Assembly: GCA_012026655.1 (NCBI GenBank)
Contig: JAAILG010000349.1
Span: forward strand, 1 to 64,000
Reading direction: 5' to 3'
From: Hydrolagus affinis
Taxonomy: Eukaryota
Length of the DNA: 64,000 nucleotides
How positions within the stretch are numbered: position 1 is the first letter of the stretch; the number at the start of each line of letters is the position of its first letter. Positions 35,096 through 47,234 of this stretch are shown one piece after another. The notes under the pieces are model-generated. The model did not search any database and was not told where the DNA came from. It saw nothing but the letters and a program-made list of their open reading frames with translations. The position numbers were made by a program, and so were the translations under genes.

Positions 35096-35574
35096 CACCA
35101 AAATAACACCATTTAAAGCCAAGCAAGGACCTTGGATTTGTTCCATTCCTGATCCGATTTTTAATCAATAAAAATACATAATACCTGATAGAAAACTGTT
35201 TTATTTCATTTATCATTTAAGCCAAGTTCATACACCCTTTTCTGCTAACATCAGATTTACTGTCAACAGGTGTTCCTTAGCAGATAAACATTTGTGGAAC
35301 AATGTGGGTAAAAATTAGCTGCCATGTTCGCCTACAAAAATAAAGTCTTTAGTGAATCCTGTGAAATGCTTTTGAGACATCCTCCTGATATAAAATGCAT
35401 GACATCAGATGCAAGGATAAGGATCATGACCATAGCACAGGCCAAACATCTAGTTTTTTTTCTCCCCCATTTGAAAACTTTGTTCATTTTGCAAATTTAA
35501 AATTGTTCTTTTTGAGTATGCGCAGTTGGTGTTATTATCAGGCATTGATAAGAATCTTCAGCTACATGAATTAC

Positions 35575-35651
35575 CTTCCACTGGTATGTAGACGTATGAT
35601 CGTATCACTGTTCCTATCCGAGAAGGGATGCTTACCTGCGCTGGCTCGGCA
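35575..35651 (-). CDS. STRA6: STRA6 coding exon 8
   Basis: AEPAQVSIPSRIGTVIRSYVYIPVE; 77 nt; phases fit both neighbours. Confidence 0.85.
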
Positions 35652-35780
35652 CTGAGTGTGGAGGAAAAGAAAAAAAGCAGAATATTTTAGTTAACCACGT
35701 AAAATATGAGAGAGGAACACACAACTTTAAAATGGCTGAGGGTGGAATTTATTTAGCAGCTAAAGGCAAAACTGTCCTAC

Positions 35781-35845
35781 CCAGGAGCTGGTTTCTTTCT
35801 CAGCATAACCTTGACGTAGTCAGTGTAATATGCATTAGAAAGGCA
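35781..35845 (-). CDS. STRA6: STRA6 coding exon 7
   Basis: CLSNAYYTDYVKVMLRKKPAP (human GLQSSYSEEYLRNLLCRKK); 65 nt. Confidence 0.88.
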
Positions 35846-36821
35846 CTGCAGAGGAAGAAATGAAAACAGACAAATCAGGTGTAATACAACCAAGGATTTA
35901 AAAAAAGAGAAAGGTTTATTCTTGGAGAAAGAAATACTTTAAAAGCATATACAGTAGATGAACAATGAGTAGTGAAGGGATGCATTAAAAACATTCAAAC
36001 AAACTTTCCTGTTATAAAAGATGACAGTAGGCTAACACATAGCAACTTTCAGAGTTTCCACTAAATGCACGTCCCTTGGCTGCTTAACCATAAATGGAAA
36101 TCCTCATTGAGCCCTAAACGTAATACATTTTGTACTTGGAGAGGCACGCAACGCAGGAACAGATTTTATCCCAACCAATTAAGAACATTACTCTGACAGT
36201 CTGGTGCAAGTAGTATGGAGATTAGAATGAGCCTTTTGAGAAACCAGATAGCTACTGAAAACACAGTAGGATTAACCCAATATAAAACCATCAAAACCAG
36301 TTCAACTAACAAGGGAAATGGAGGACGAAAAGAACATAGGATCCAAATCCTCAGCTACTAAATGATGTCAATCAGTTAGTTAATCATTTAAGATGCATTA
36401 ACACAGGGACTGCATTTATCCTCAATTGGCATAGTATATTTCAGAATAAACACTATTCTTATTAAACTATAACCTCCGTGGGAAATGGTGCTAAAATCGC
36501 ATTATGTTAGATTATGCATTGTGCATTCATGATCTTCTCAGGCAGTGGTCATTAATCATTTCAATACATCATGATGAGAATTTAAAAAGTTTAATTTAAG
36601 ATGGAAAGCAATGTTAGTTTGTGAGTCAGAGGTTTTACTAACTGAACATTGTTTTAATCACCAACTCAATTCAAATACTCTATACTGTTTAAAAAAAAGG
36701 TACCTTGGGAAGTTCAAAAATAATAAGCCTTTAATCCATCACAACTGAACAAGCAGACATCCTCATCAGTGCCTGACTTTAATTGAAGTCTACAATTACT
36801 GCCATCAAATTTGGCACTTAC

Positions 36822-36947
36822 CTCATTTGAGCCAATTTTTCCGGATGTCTCATCATTCTTCACCAATAAAAATGGATAAAGTAAGCTGAGGAATGCCAGA
36901 AATAAGAGTTGAGGAAGACTCCTCATCAATGAGTAGTATCTGTATAT
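36822..36947 (-). CDS. STRA6: STRA6 coding exon 6
   Basis: IYRYYSLMRSLPQLLFLAFLSLLYPFLLVK... (human [25 protein letters not shown]); 126 nt. Confidence 0.93.
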
Positions 36948-38331
36948 CTGGAAAATGAAAGAAAAGACTGGTTACTATGTAAAATCCATTTTCCAAAGTT
37001 TATCATTCCTTTCAAAGCTTGTCACGCCAGATTAGGCTGGAATGGTTTTGCAATATTCTAACAAGAGTGTATAAACACTTTATTTCCTTGAGTAAAAAAA
37101 TGAAGTGTTATTTTATGCATTCAGATAGTTTTACTTGAAAAGATTTAGTGGTTAAATTATCAGACTTTCCCCTTTCCATAGTGTCTCTTGATTTATTCCT
37201 CTGCCTCCCCTCCCCCATTTGGATTGTGGGGTTGTGGGAAGAAAAACAGTGATCCTGGACCATGCACATTCCGAATTGCTGTCAAAATCATTCTGTGACA
37301 GGGCATCAGAAGGTATCTCACCTATTGACCCAGCTAAGAAGCATGACTCTCCATATTCATCCAGTCAAACTTTTTCCTGGATTAGATGGGCCATAAATTG
37401 CCTTTTTGCAAACCCGCTCAGCCAGTTACTTTCCAATTATTCTTTTTAGAAACTAATTTCCTTACATCTGACAGGGCCCCCAAGAAGCAAAGGAAAAACC
37501 CACTTAAATGTCAGTTCTTACATTGGAATAATAACTTCCACTAATAATTTGGATTCCGTTGCCATCAAGTCTGTTTTAGCATCAAACAAGCAAATGGAAA
37601 TAGGAAGAATTCACAGAAGATGACACATCCTGGATACCTATTCAACAAGCACTGGGAACCGATGCTACATTTAGTGAATTATCCGCCAGGCCAGCACACC
37701 CATAACTATGGAGCATTCTGTGGTTAGTTGGGGACAAGGGGGTTGAGAGAAAGAAGGAAGATGAAAAAAAGTAATGAAAAAGTTTTGCTTGGCTAATCAT
37801 TGATTACTATTGATGAATACACAATGACCTGGAGAGCAAGCCACCTGTTCTCGTGGTGGGAAAGTTGTAAACATGGAGCCAGTGTTGGAGAAGAGAAGAT
37901 TAACAGTGCAGAATTTTGGGGGAAAAAGTGTTCTGGCAATCTGCACTGGGCAGAGATAGGTCAATTCCCGTGGTTCTTGTTTAACAAGCAGCCTGTGCTA
38001 GACAACTGTAGTTTATTTGTTATCCAGGTTAAAGAAAATAAATTCTGAATTAAAAAATAATTAAATGGAGTTAACAACAACTTGTGTTTATTTAGCGCCT
38101 TCCATGCAGGGTAGCATCTCAGACACTTAACAGTGGCAGAGCTCGACTCCAAACTGGGGGGAATGGAAAAAGGGGTGAGTTACACAAAGAGGGGCTGCTT
38201 TGGGGTGTTGAGAAGGTTTTTAAAAAAGGCATCAAACTGCAACACGAGTGATATTGTTCGTTTAGCAATTAGCGCGACAAACTAAAGCTAGAGATTAAAA
38301 TTTTTAAAAACAAGTTGCATAAGCAAATTAC

Positions 38332-38498
38332 CTCGAGTGAATAAGGGCATTCAGCCTTGTGCCAAATCTGGATTCCGCAGTGAACCCAGGAGAGCAGGCT
38401 ACCAAGCAGATAACCTGCTTTGCTCTTAACAGCTGCACATGCAAGAAGTGGGTAGTACATAGCTGGGTAATACAGCAAGGACAGCATCTTCCAGTACT
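38332..38498 (-). CDS. STRA6: STRA6 coding exon 5
   Basis: [21 protein letters not shown]...[22 protein letters not shown]; 167 nt. Confidence 0.95.
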
Positions 38499-39137
38499 CT
38501 GAAAGCAAGAAGCTGATTTAATATTGGGTACAGCTATCAGCTACTTAATGAAATTCCATTGCCATCTGTATGCCTCATCCTACAGTATAATCAGTTCATG
38601 GTCTATGTATCCTCCCTACATCAGAGTCTCGCGGAAACTCTAATCCATCTTTCTCATTCACATTCTGGTAGGTCTGCAAAGTACTTACAGCATTTTTAAT
38701 TTCTAAAATGCCATATTTGCTAAATTTGCAATAAGAATTTAACCAGAACCCATTTGACCCGTCAGACCTGGGCCATTTGCCTTATTAACTCAAAATTCCT
38801 TGTTTAATCTTCTTTACGTAATTATTCTATTAATTCTGTACAATCCTATGTAATTATTCAAGCATTTACCTAATTCCTTTTTTTTTAAAGTCATAATTGA
38901 TCAATTGTAGTAACTGGTTTTATTTTATAAAACACTCTGCAAATCTAAAACAGTATAACTTTGAAAGAAATGTCCAGACATTTTAAAATTACCTGGCTAC
39001 CATAGTTTAAGAGATTCTGTAATAAATCATTTCAATAGATCTTCCAAGCCACCTCCCTTTGTCCTCATCTATTCATTTCATCTAATATTCCCCACCTCAT
39101 TTCGAGACATACAATAAAACGGGTTGGGTCAATTCAC

Positions 39138-39277
39138 CTTTGGTGTCCTCAGAAGCCTCAGTGATGAAAGGAAAAGGTTTGCCATCCAGAACCACAAAAC
39201 ACAATGAACAGAAAACAAGTCCAAATACAGCGGCAGGAATTCCTTTATGATAGCCATGTTCCAAAAGGCCAACGGGA
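39138..39277 (-). CDS. STRA6: STRA6 coding exon 4
   Basis: PVGLLEHGYHKGIPAAVFGLVFCSLCFVVLDGKPFPF...; 140 nt. Confidence 0.93.
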
Positions 39278-40359
39278 CTGAAACACACAGAACAAAATGC
39301 GCACATTGCAATCCAGGTGGGAGAAACAAGAGAACGAACCTTTACATAACACACATTCACATTTTCTCACAGAACTTTCCAAACAAAAAAGGCACTTGCT
39401 TTTTAAACTCAAACTCCAAACTCATCATTGCAAGCCCAAAGTTGGTGATGAAGAGATTTCGTTTGAATAGGATGTTCTCCAGATCCTACTGTGACAGTAA
39501 TCACCTGGGTTAAGTGTGTATTTTTTAAAATCATATTTGCAAATGGACACACTAAACTTTTCAAGATATTCAAAGTAGAAACAAACTCAGGAAGTCAAGC
39601 TCAGACAATTGAACTTACTGTATAGTTCATCATACTGCATTGGAAAATTGAGGGAACTTTTCCTGAGATGTGTTGAGGAGAATGGTGATTTCTAAAGCTG
39701 CAGTTAGCATGGAACACTTCTGTACATTTTTATTTCCCCTAAATCAGACAATAGATCTGGTCATGTTGAGGGAGAGGGGTGGAGGGGGAAGGGAGTGGAG
39801 AGAGAGACGCTGGCAGCTTCCACAACTCAATAACAGGAATTCCTGAAAATCGTAGCAATTGAATAACGTAACTGAAAGTATAAAATACATTTTGTAGTTT
39901 TTTTAAAATCCTATAATATTTTGCATTGACTTTAATAATTGGCGAATGACTGCAAAGACACCAAGCGACGAAGCCCTTTGTCCATTGATAACCCAATCAA
40001 AGAAGTAACTTGGACCAGTGTAAGTGATTAGGGAACTCGAGTGCTGAACAGCGAGGCAGAGCAGCATTGCCTGAGAGCCCAGTCCTGATAATGAAGTTCA
40101 GGCGCAACAGATTGAAAGCACACGGTTTAAATCAGACTGTGAATAGGGGGAGCAGATAGCCTTATTTATGAAGTGAATCTCTGTAAAATTTGGCACATTC
40201 TCGCATTGAGTTATTTGCAGCTCAGTGTAACGCGATGCTGCATGTGTAGCGGCCCATTGGTTTGATGTCGAGAGCCCTATATGGTGTTTTCAGTGGTTCA
40301 GTTTTGAGTTCACCCAGCGTTCATGCCTTGAACTTGAGACTGTTGGTGGAGAACTTAAC

Positions 40360-40445
40360 TGTAATAAGCCGGGAACCCCGCCGCACGAATTCCTGCACAG
40401 GCGCCTGCGTTTGACCAAGAACGACAGAGCTAGGAGCACAGCGAG
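40360..40445 (-). CDS. STRA6: STRA6 coding exon 3
   Basis: LAVLLALSFLVKRRRLCRNSCGGVPGLL (human ILVLLLLAMLVRRRQL...RPGLP); 86 nt. Confidence 0.9.
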
Positions 40446-40716
40446 CTGAAAGGCAAAATGAGAACAGTTTTCATTTACTGTATAGTTTCATGAAACACCC
40501 CACCCCCCCACTCAACACAATTAGCAAATATAGAAATGTGCAGATTGATCTAGTACAGAAATTTATTTAAGTAAACTCATCCTGTAGTTTTTCACTTTCA
40601 GAGTCACAACATATTGATCAGCAGTGCCATTAAATTCGTTTCCAAATGGCCAACCTGTGGGGGAAAAAAAGTGAACTCACTTAAACTTAACAGGGGGTAA
40701 GTAAAGAGACACTTAC

Positions 40717-40783
40717 TGAAATACCTGCCATGCAGATGTGATACAAATCGACTCGTATCGTGGGATCACAAGACGGAATAATT
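40717..40783 (-). CDS. STRA6: STRA6 coding exon 2
   Basis: IIPSCDPTIRVDLYHICMAGIS (human [21 protein letters not shown]); 67 nt; donor gtaagt. Confidence 0.92.
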
Positions 40784-40899
40784 CTATGTGGAAAAAAAAG
40801 TAGTAAATTGAGTCAGCTACCGGTGGATGCAAAACATAGGAACTTTTAAGCAAAAAAAGTTCAACAGAAAGTGATCCGAAAAGAATAACACAAACGTAC

Positions 40900-40994
40900 T
40901 CTTGCGGGGGATCTTCTTGTTCGTCAGTGTATTCAATATTCCAATATGAATTGTCCTCCGAGTCATAATCGAAGGAATAATTTGTTGAGGCCAT
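40900..40994 (-). CDS. STRA6: STRA6 (RBP4 receptor / retinol transporter) coding exon 1
   Basis: MASTNYSFDYDSEDNSYWNIEYTDEQEDPPQE; phase 2 donor gtacgt. Upstream acceptor at 41036-41037 with a ctaac branch point. Confidence 0.85.
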
Positions 40995-41699
40995 CTCCTT
41001 AACTCGCGTTAAAAGCAACTTAACGTGTTGTCCTCCTGAGGATTGCTATCAGCGCCGGTGAGTTAGTGACTTGATGCCTTGGACTGCTGCTGATCTGGGT
41101 GAATGGAACAAAACAACCTCAAAACTCCACACACACACACACACACACTCAGCCTAGCCAATAGACTGCCCTCTCTTCTCCCCCCCACCCAGCCAACCGT
41201 TCCGTCAAGTTGTGAAGTGCGATCAACGGGAAATGCGAATACAATGGGGAAAAACAAGTCTTAGTCACCAGCCCACTTCAAGAGATTAGAGTTGCATTAA
41301 AAGTTTAGTCCTGAATTCCAACCGCCCCTAGAGAGTTTACGTGCATTTCTTAACCAACACCGAATTAATGAGGTCTTACTTCCGACTTAAAATGTGTTAT
41401 CCGTTATTTAGTGGAAGTGGAACACTTAAGCAAATTGTCAGCATACTAATTGTTATGATGCTTTGCAGCTCCTGTTACAATGCGATGCTTTGCAACAACG
41501 TACACATTAAATTGGTCAAGCGTCACAGTAGCATTTGAAATTAAATTGACAGGAATTGTAGTCCAAATGGTTTGTTCTATGCTGTAATTTCCACAATCAC
41601 AGTGAAATTAGTTTTGTCCTGTAGCTCAATTCTGAAAAGGTATATTAGAATTGAGATTGAAACCAAACAGCTTTCTTTAGCACCTGATCTTGTATTTTA

Positions 41700-41962
41700 C
41701 AGTTGTCAAAGGTAGCGTTGAAACCGAGTCACGTTTCATGGGATAAACTAATTAGATTTCTCAAATATCCCTTCCCCCACCCAAAAAAAAATCTGGATTT
41801 AATTCGGTAAGTACAACATGATGACGCTTCTGCGTATTGATGATTGTAGAAGAGTTTGGCAAAATGACCCACTGTTGGAATTGATTCCATCTCAAGTGGT
41901 TCATTTCCCCATAAAGACACCACTCGACGGCATTTTCTTTCTCTGGTGGTCTTCAACAACAT
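41700..41962 (-). mobile_element. Degenerate CR1 3' fragment
   Basis: Peptide RRVVSLWGNEPLEMESI..F.K resembles the CR1 ORF2 end (RVVSLWNSLP..VVEA..F.K). Confidence 0.35.
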
Positions 41963-44900
41963 TTATTGGGCTTGGGGTTCGCCTAATTATTGCTGAAGTC
42001 TAAAGTGTGCATGATTAGGGAGCCCCTTTGTTCTCGCCTGTGTCAAAGGGAAACTGTAGAGAGAAGATGGGAAGGAATGAAAGGTTGGAAGGATAAATGA
42101 TTTGGAAAGAAAGTTGGACAGGTCATAAGATATAGATAAATGGAAGTAAACACATTAAGAAGAAAGGGAATGCCAGCTGGGCACCTCGGCAGGGGAGGGC
42201 TGGGGAATGTGTAAAAGCATTGTAACTCTGCAAATGTCTTGCTGATGAACAACATTTGCACACATGGTAAAGGGTCTGAAGAGTTGATAACAGGCTGTTG
42301 AAAGTATGAGAAAAAATAGGTCCTTAAGATCTGTGGGAATAATTGATGCCATATATCACGTTTGGAGAATCCAATCAATACAATATCACCAATTTAGACA
42401 GAAATCCCGTAGGTTTAGAGCATAAATTTATATCCTATAGACAAGACAGAGGAGAAAAGTCTAGGATTGTACTCAGGATTGTACTCATCCATTAAGGCAA
42501 GTTAACAGTTTTGACGTACATTGGGAGCTGAAAATAACCAATCCTTGCATTTTCATCAAGAAATTCAATCCAAAAATCAAGGAGAATAATATAAATAAAA
42601 TGAATATATATATATATATTTCTAAAAGTCATTAGGCATTACCCTGTTTCAATAGGTAACAGACGTTTCCTGCATTAAACGTACAACCTTCACTTCCATC
42701 CATGTGGTGTCTTAATTGTCTCCCTTCTTGATCCCGTCTTGAACTCAACTAAGTGGAACGAAGAGGCCCCATCTCCATTAATACCCATAGGAATGTCAGT
42801 CTGTCGGCAGGTCATTCATCTTTGCAGTTTCTCTATCACAGACATTTTATCTCAGATTCCAAGGAAAAACTCCCCACAAACGACTGTTCGAATCATTTCT
42901 TTTTTTTCAAAAAATATCTCGAATGGAGCCCGGGAGAGTCAGGGCAGGGCATGGACTACAATGCCACCTTATCCTCTTCAGCTAAATACATACTTTGCAA
43001 TTGAAGACAGGATAGGAGGACACTCACCGAAATATACAGTATTTCAAATAGAAATAATGGGATTTCATATAGTTTCCTTAGACACCCAGATAGATGTACA
43101 CATTCTTCCACTGCACAGTGAAATAAGGGTTTGGTTTTCAGTATAATCATTAACTTAGATTACCAAAGAGGCTACCAATCGGGCTGGATGCTTTGAATAC
43201 CCTAGTAGTACAGGTCTCTGTACAATTCTAGGAAATCTGATCGGCTTTCGGTATTTAACCTTGTTTTTTTCTAGAGGGGCAAGCGGCCTTTGATCACAAC
43301 TGGCATCTCTGCACTGAATGCAGAGATGAGAGAGAAAGAGAGAGAGAGAAAGAGACAGATAGCTCAATAAACCGGTCACTCCATCAGTCAGTCGCCTTAA
43401 TCAGCGAGATCTCACCCTTCAATTACACGCATGTCATTTGCTGCTTAACGGTTCACTTGTGAAAATTATTACCTTTGGACGAGCAAGACTATTTTTCCTT
43501 TCAAACCTTTCAGTGTTGAATCGCTGTTTATAGTTTGGATTTCAGAATTTAGACAAGTTAGCAAGTCTTCAGGTTGGTACTCCAAACGCACAACTGAGGC
43601 GGTGGCGGGGGTGGGGGGGGGGGGGGGGGGGGCAGTTTAGTTGGAGGTTGGCTGGCTCTTACCCAGTTTTGTTTAACTTGTTCTAGTAATCCTACAGCAC
43701 AATTTTAGTTTGCAAGAGAATAGGGGGGTTCCACTCGCGTCTTGACCAGCAATCATCCTTCATCCAAACTTCCTCCAATCATATTGACTATTTATAGCAT
43801 TGCTTCACATTGACGTTTTGCGTCGAGTGCTTATATATATATATATATACTCTTCAAAAGCAATTTACAATGGATTTATTTGAAATACAAGAAAATAATG
43901 GCAAATTGCCAAAAGTGTCCAGCGGAAGGCGTTCTGATCTGCAAAAGGAACATGATTTTTATTCCCTTCCCTTTCCTTTAAAGAAATAGGATGTTTAAAG
44001 ACAGATAAGACCGAGAACGCGGTTGATCCTGTGACTGTGTACAATGATACTGGATACCAGGTACAACTACTAGATACTGTGGATGTGGTTTCACTAAAAG
44101 CAATTCAGATGAAAGGACCATTTCTCTTCAGCTCCTGCGATCTCACGCTTCCAGTGCCCCAACCCCACTGTCCTTCCATTGCAATGTCTAGTTCTGATCC
44201 AGTTCAATGGCATTCATCTGGGAAATGTGCACGTTTCTCCATCCCTCTACCTATCGCCAGGAACAGTCTGGCCTGAATTAATGGAGAAAGATGCCGGAGT
44301 TGAAAACCTAGTTTGTAGTTGAGAGGTGCCACGGACACACAAACAAATATTCTTACAATCTGAGTCAGAAAACAAAGTGTTTGTGTTAGAGGAATATACT
44401 ATTCACTAGTGCTGGAGTCACGTTGCCAATAATAACATGTTATGAAGAAACCAATGTGGATAAACGGCCGTGTTATTACACAGAAATAGGCACCATATCA
44501 ACAGTACAAGTTACACTCGTTGCTTCGCTCAGGGTCCTGCAGTTACCATAGACCAAAGGAAGTTGATGTGGGACTATTCACAAGTCCATGCACACCCACA
44601 CAGCTCAGCCCAGAAACGAGAAGCTTTATAGCAAATCGTCAAAAGTTCTTGATGATACGTTCTTGACGAAAAGAAGCAATGGTAAGTGAGCCCACACATC
44701 ACACACCCTCCGCACACCCTCCACACACCCTCCAAATCATATCAGCCCGAATCTCGAATAAATCCCGCTTCTCCTGTATTTACGAGAATAACAGAAATGC
44801 TGGGAGACGGCGGGTCATCTTGAGTGTGACAGTGAAAGATTGGTTGACCGTTTAGGCGTGACCTTTCCACAGATTCACCAGGTTTTGGGTTTCCAGTGTG

Positions 44901-45367
44901 TCGACATTACTCCACAGTTGTGAAGCTGAAAAAACACCAGGAAACAGACCGCCTCACAGATGTGGAAAAGGTAAACAAGTTAGACAAAAATCAAATGGTC
45001 GAGAATAACTCCACATTAGCTGCTGGCTGTGATTGAAGACGCGCAGCGTGATACAGCAAGCTTCAAAGTTTGGGATTAATCTGCTTTAGGAAGGGCGATG
45101 GCGACCCTTTAGCCTGATAGTGATCAGCTGAAATAATAAATATCAATCACTTATAAGACATGATAAATGTGGAATCTTCAGGATCTTGGGGGCACTTTTA
45201 ACTGACTCTTATGTAAATATTTGTATGAGGTTCAAATTACCATCTGAGATGAAGGCAGATTGATGCTAACAGTTCAATATCCTGCGAGAAACGAGAACTG
45301 ACCTAGCAACTGGCTCGTCTCATTATGGCTCATATATGTATATACACATATATGTACCGTATATACG

Positions 45368-45543
45368 NNNNNNNNNNNNNNNNNNNNNNNNNNNNNNNNN
45401 NNNNNNNNNNNNNNNNNNNNNNNNNNNNNNNNNNNNNNNNNNNNNNNNNNNNNNNNNNNNNNNNNNNNNNNNNNNNNNNNNNNNNNNNNNNNNNNNNNNN
45501 NNNNNNNNNNNNNNNNNNNNNNNNNNNNNNNNNNNNNNNNNNN
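45368..45543. other. Assembly gap (N run)
   Basis: 176 N, preceded by TA/CA low-complexity sequence. Confidence 1.
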
Positions 45544-47095
45544 CCATGCCTTTGAAATATTTAGTGACCACCTTTCTTTATTATCGGATTTTCCCTTGAT
45601 TTAAAGTCAAATGTGTTCGGTTACATCAGAGGGTAATTGAACAGATGTAATTCTGTTGTCGTTGTGGCTGTAACTAGCAGCGTGTGATTCCAACATTCAA
45701 GACACACTGTAGTTTCTATCCCCTTTCTCCCTCATTCCTTCCCAGGTGCTCCCAGTTCAGTGAATCACCGGGGTGGGAAAAAAATATAGCTTTGCTTTGC
45801 TGTAATCAATGCTATTCAGATGAGCTGAACACATGGAATTTACACTTCCAGTTTCTACTGAAAGCTTTTTTGGGAAAAAATGTTTGTCAGCTTGGCTCAG
45901 TATTAACATTCTCACTTCTGGATTGGAAGGCTGTAGGTTAAAGATCCACGTTGGTACTTTGGGATTCACAGTCAGGACTAATATTCTCTTATACACACAC
46001 ACACTAAGCGATATAAATGTGAGTCGGTGTAATGGGGAAGGTGGGAGGTACCAAACTTATACCTAAGTTTGATCTGTCTGTTTAAGTGGGTAATAAAGTT
46101 CTAATGACATTAGCCGAAAAGGGAATTTACCTCCCTTGGCAACGATTATCCACATAAAAGTTTGGCCGCTCACTTCCTGAATCTGTTGTGTTGATATTTG
46201 TCTAAAAATGAAGTCACTGAACTTGACCACAGCAACTACATGTTCGGCACACATGTTTGTCATTCTGGGTGCGTTACCAAATGCAAGATAAACTTTACAT
46301 AGAGTAAGAGTTAGATGTGGCTTAAATGACCACTTTCGCTGTAACAATACAGTCTTCCTCCTAAACTCACTTTCAAAACACTCCAAACCATACATTCAAT
46401 GCAGACCAACCATCCTTTCTGCTCACTGTCCTCATCCAACAGGACAGCCAGCGATTGGGGGGAAGAAGGAGAAACAGAAGTTGCACAAAGTAAAGCAAAG
46501 TTACTGTCTCGCCTCAAATCTATGAATTCAGCTGCAGTTATATCGCACAGCCTAACGCAAAAGGAAAACTGGGCCAAGCTTTATCATAATGTTTTGCTCC
46601 CCAATTTGCTTTTAGATTATAGTGCATTTCTGAAGTTCTTCGTTTAAGGTTTAATCGATTTGGTGTTTTTCTTGGGAGTTTTTCCAGACACTTAGTGCAG
46701 ACTTCAGCAAGTAAAGACGCACGAAGAGTTACTGCCAGTTACTGATAAGGACTAAAACATGTTGAGAGTGTTTGAACATTGTGTGACTGTGAAGCAAGAC
46801 AGACCTTGAGTTCAGTTTATTGCTTATTTGCCAATGTGCCCAAACTATGTATGAAAGCCAGTTTACGATCATGTTATGAACTTTGCTGTAGAAATGCTTA
46901 ACTCTTCCAATTTTTCCTCGCTTTTTTGTTAAAAACATTCCGACGCCGGCCTAGACTGTTCAATGTCTCATTTATGTTCAAGAGACTGTTGGAGGACAAC
47001 AAAGTGTGTTTTCTATTCCTAAATCATACTGGTCAGAAGTACAGACGCATTAGGTCTGTTAGCCAGCATGGAAGAATTCTTAAATGAATTAGATT

Positions 47096-47234
47096 TTGCT
47101 GTGCGCGATTGGCTGCCGCGTTTCGCCCATAAGTGTACGGTCAATTCACTTTACAGTGTGTTCTGTGAAGCGCTTTGAGACGTCGATAAGATGTGAAAAG
47201 CGCTATTACAAATGCAAGGATTACTATTATTATT
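47096..47234 (+). mobile_element. SINE family A 3' fragment
   Basis: tgctgtgcgcgattggctgccgcgtttcgcccat...aagcgctttgagacgtcg...gaaaagcgctattacaaatgcaaggattactattatt. Confidence 0.85.

Noticed and set aside
40672-40687. TGAACT-cact-TAAACT, DR4-like element
   Set aside because: The second half site is mismatched, and such matches are common by chance.
42463-44735. Short tandem duplications (aggattgtactc x2 at about 42463, poly-G at about 43605-43632, cacaccctcc x3 at about 44701)
   Set aside because: Ordinary slippage products with no sign of function.
45323-45599. ORFs spanning the N run
   Set aside because: Artefacts of the assembly gap.
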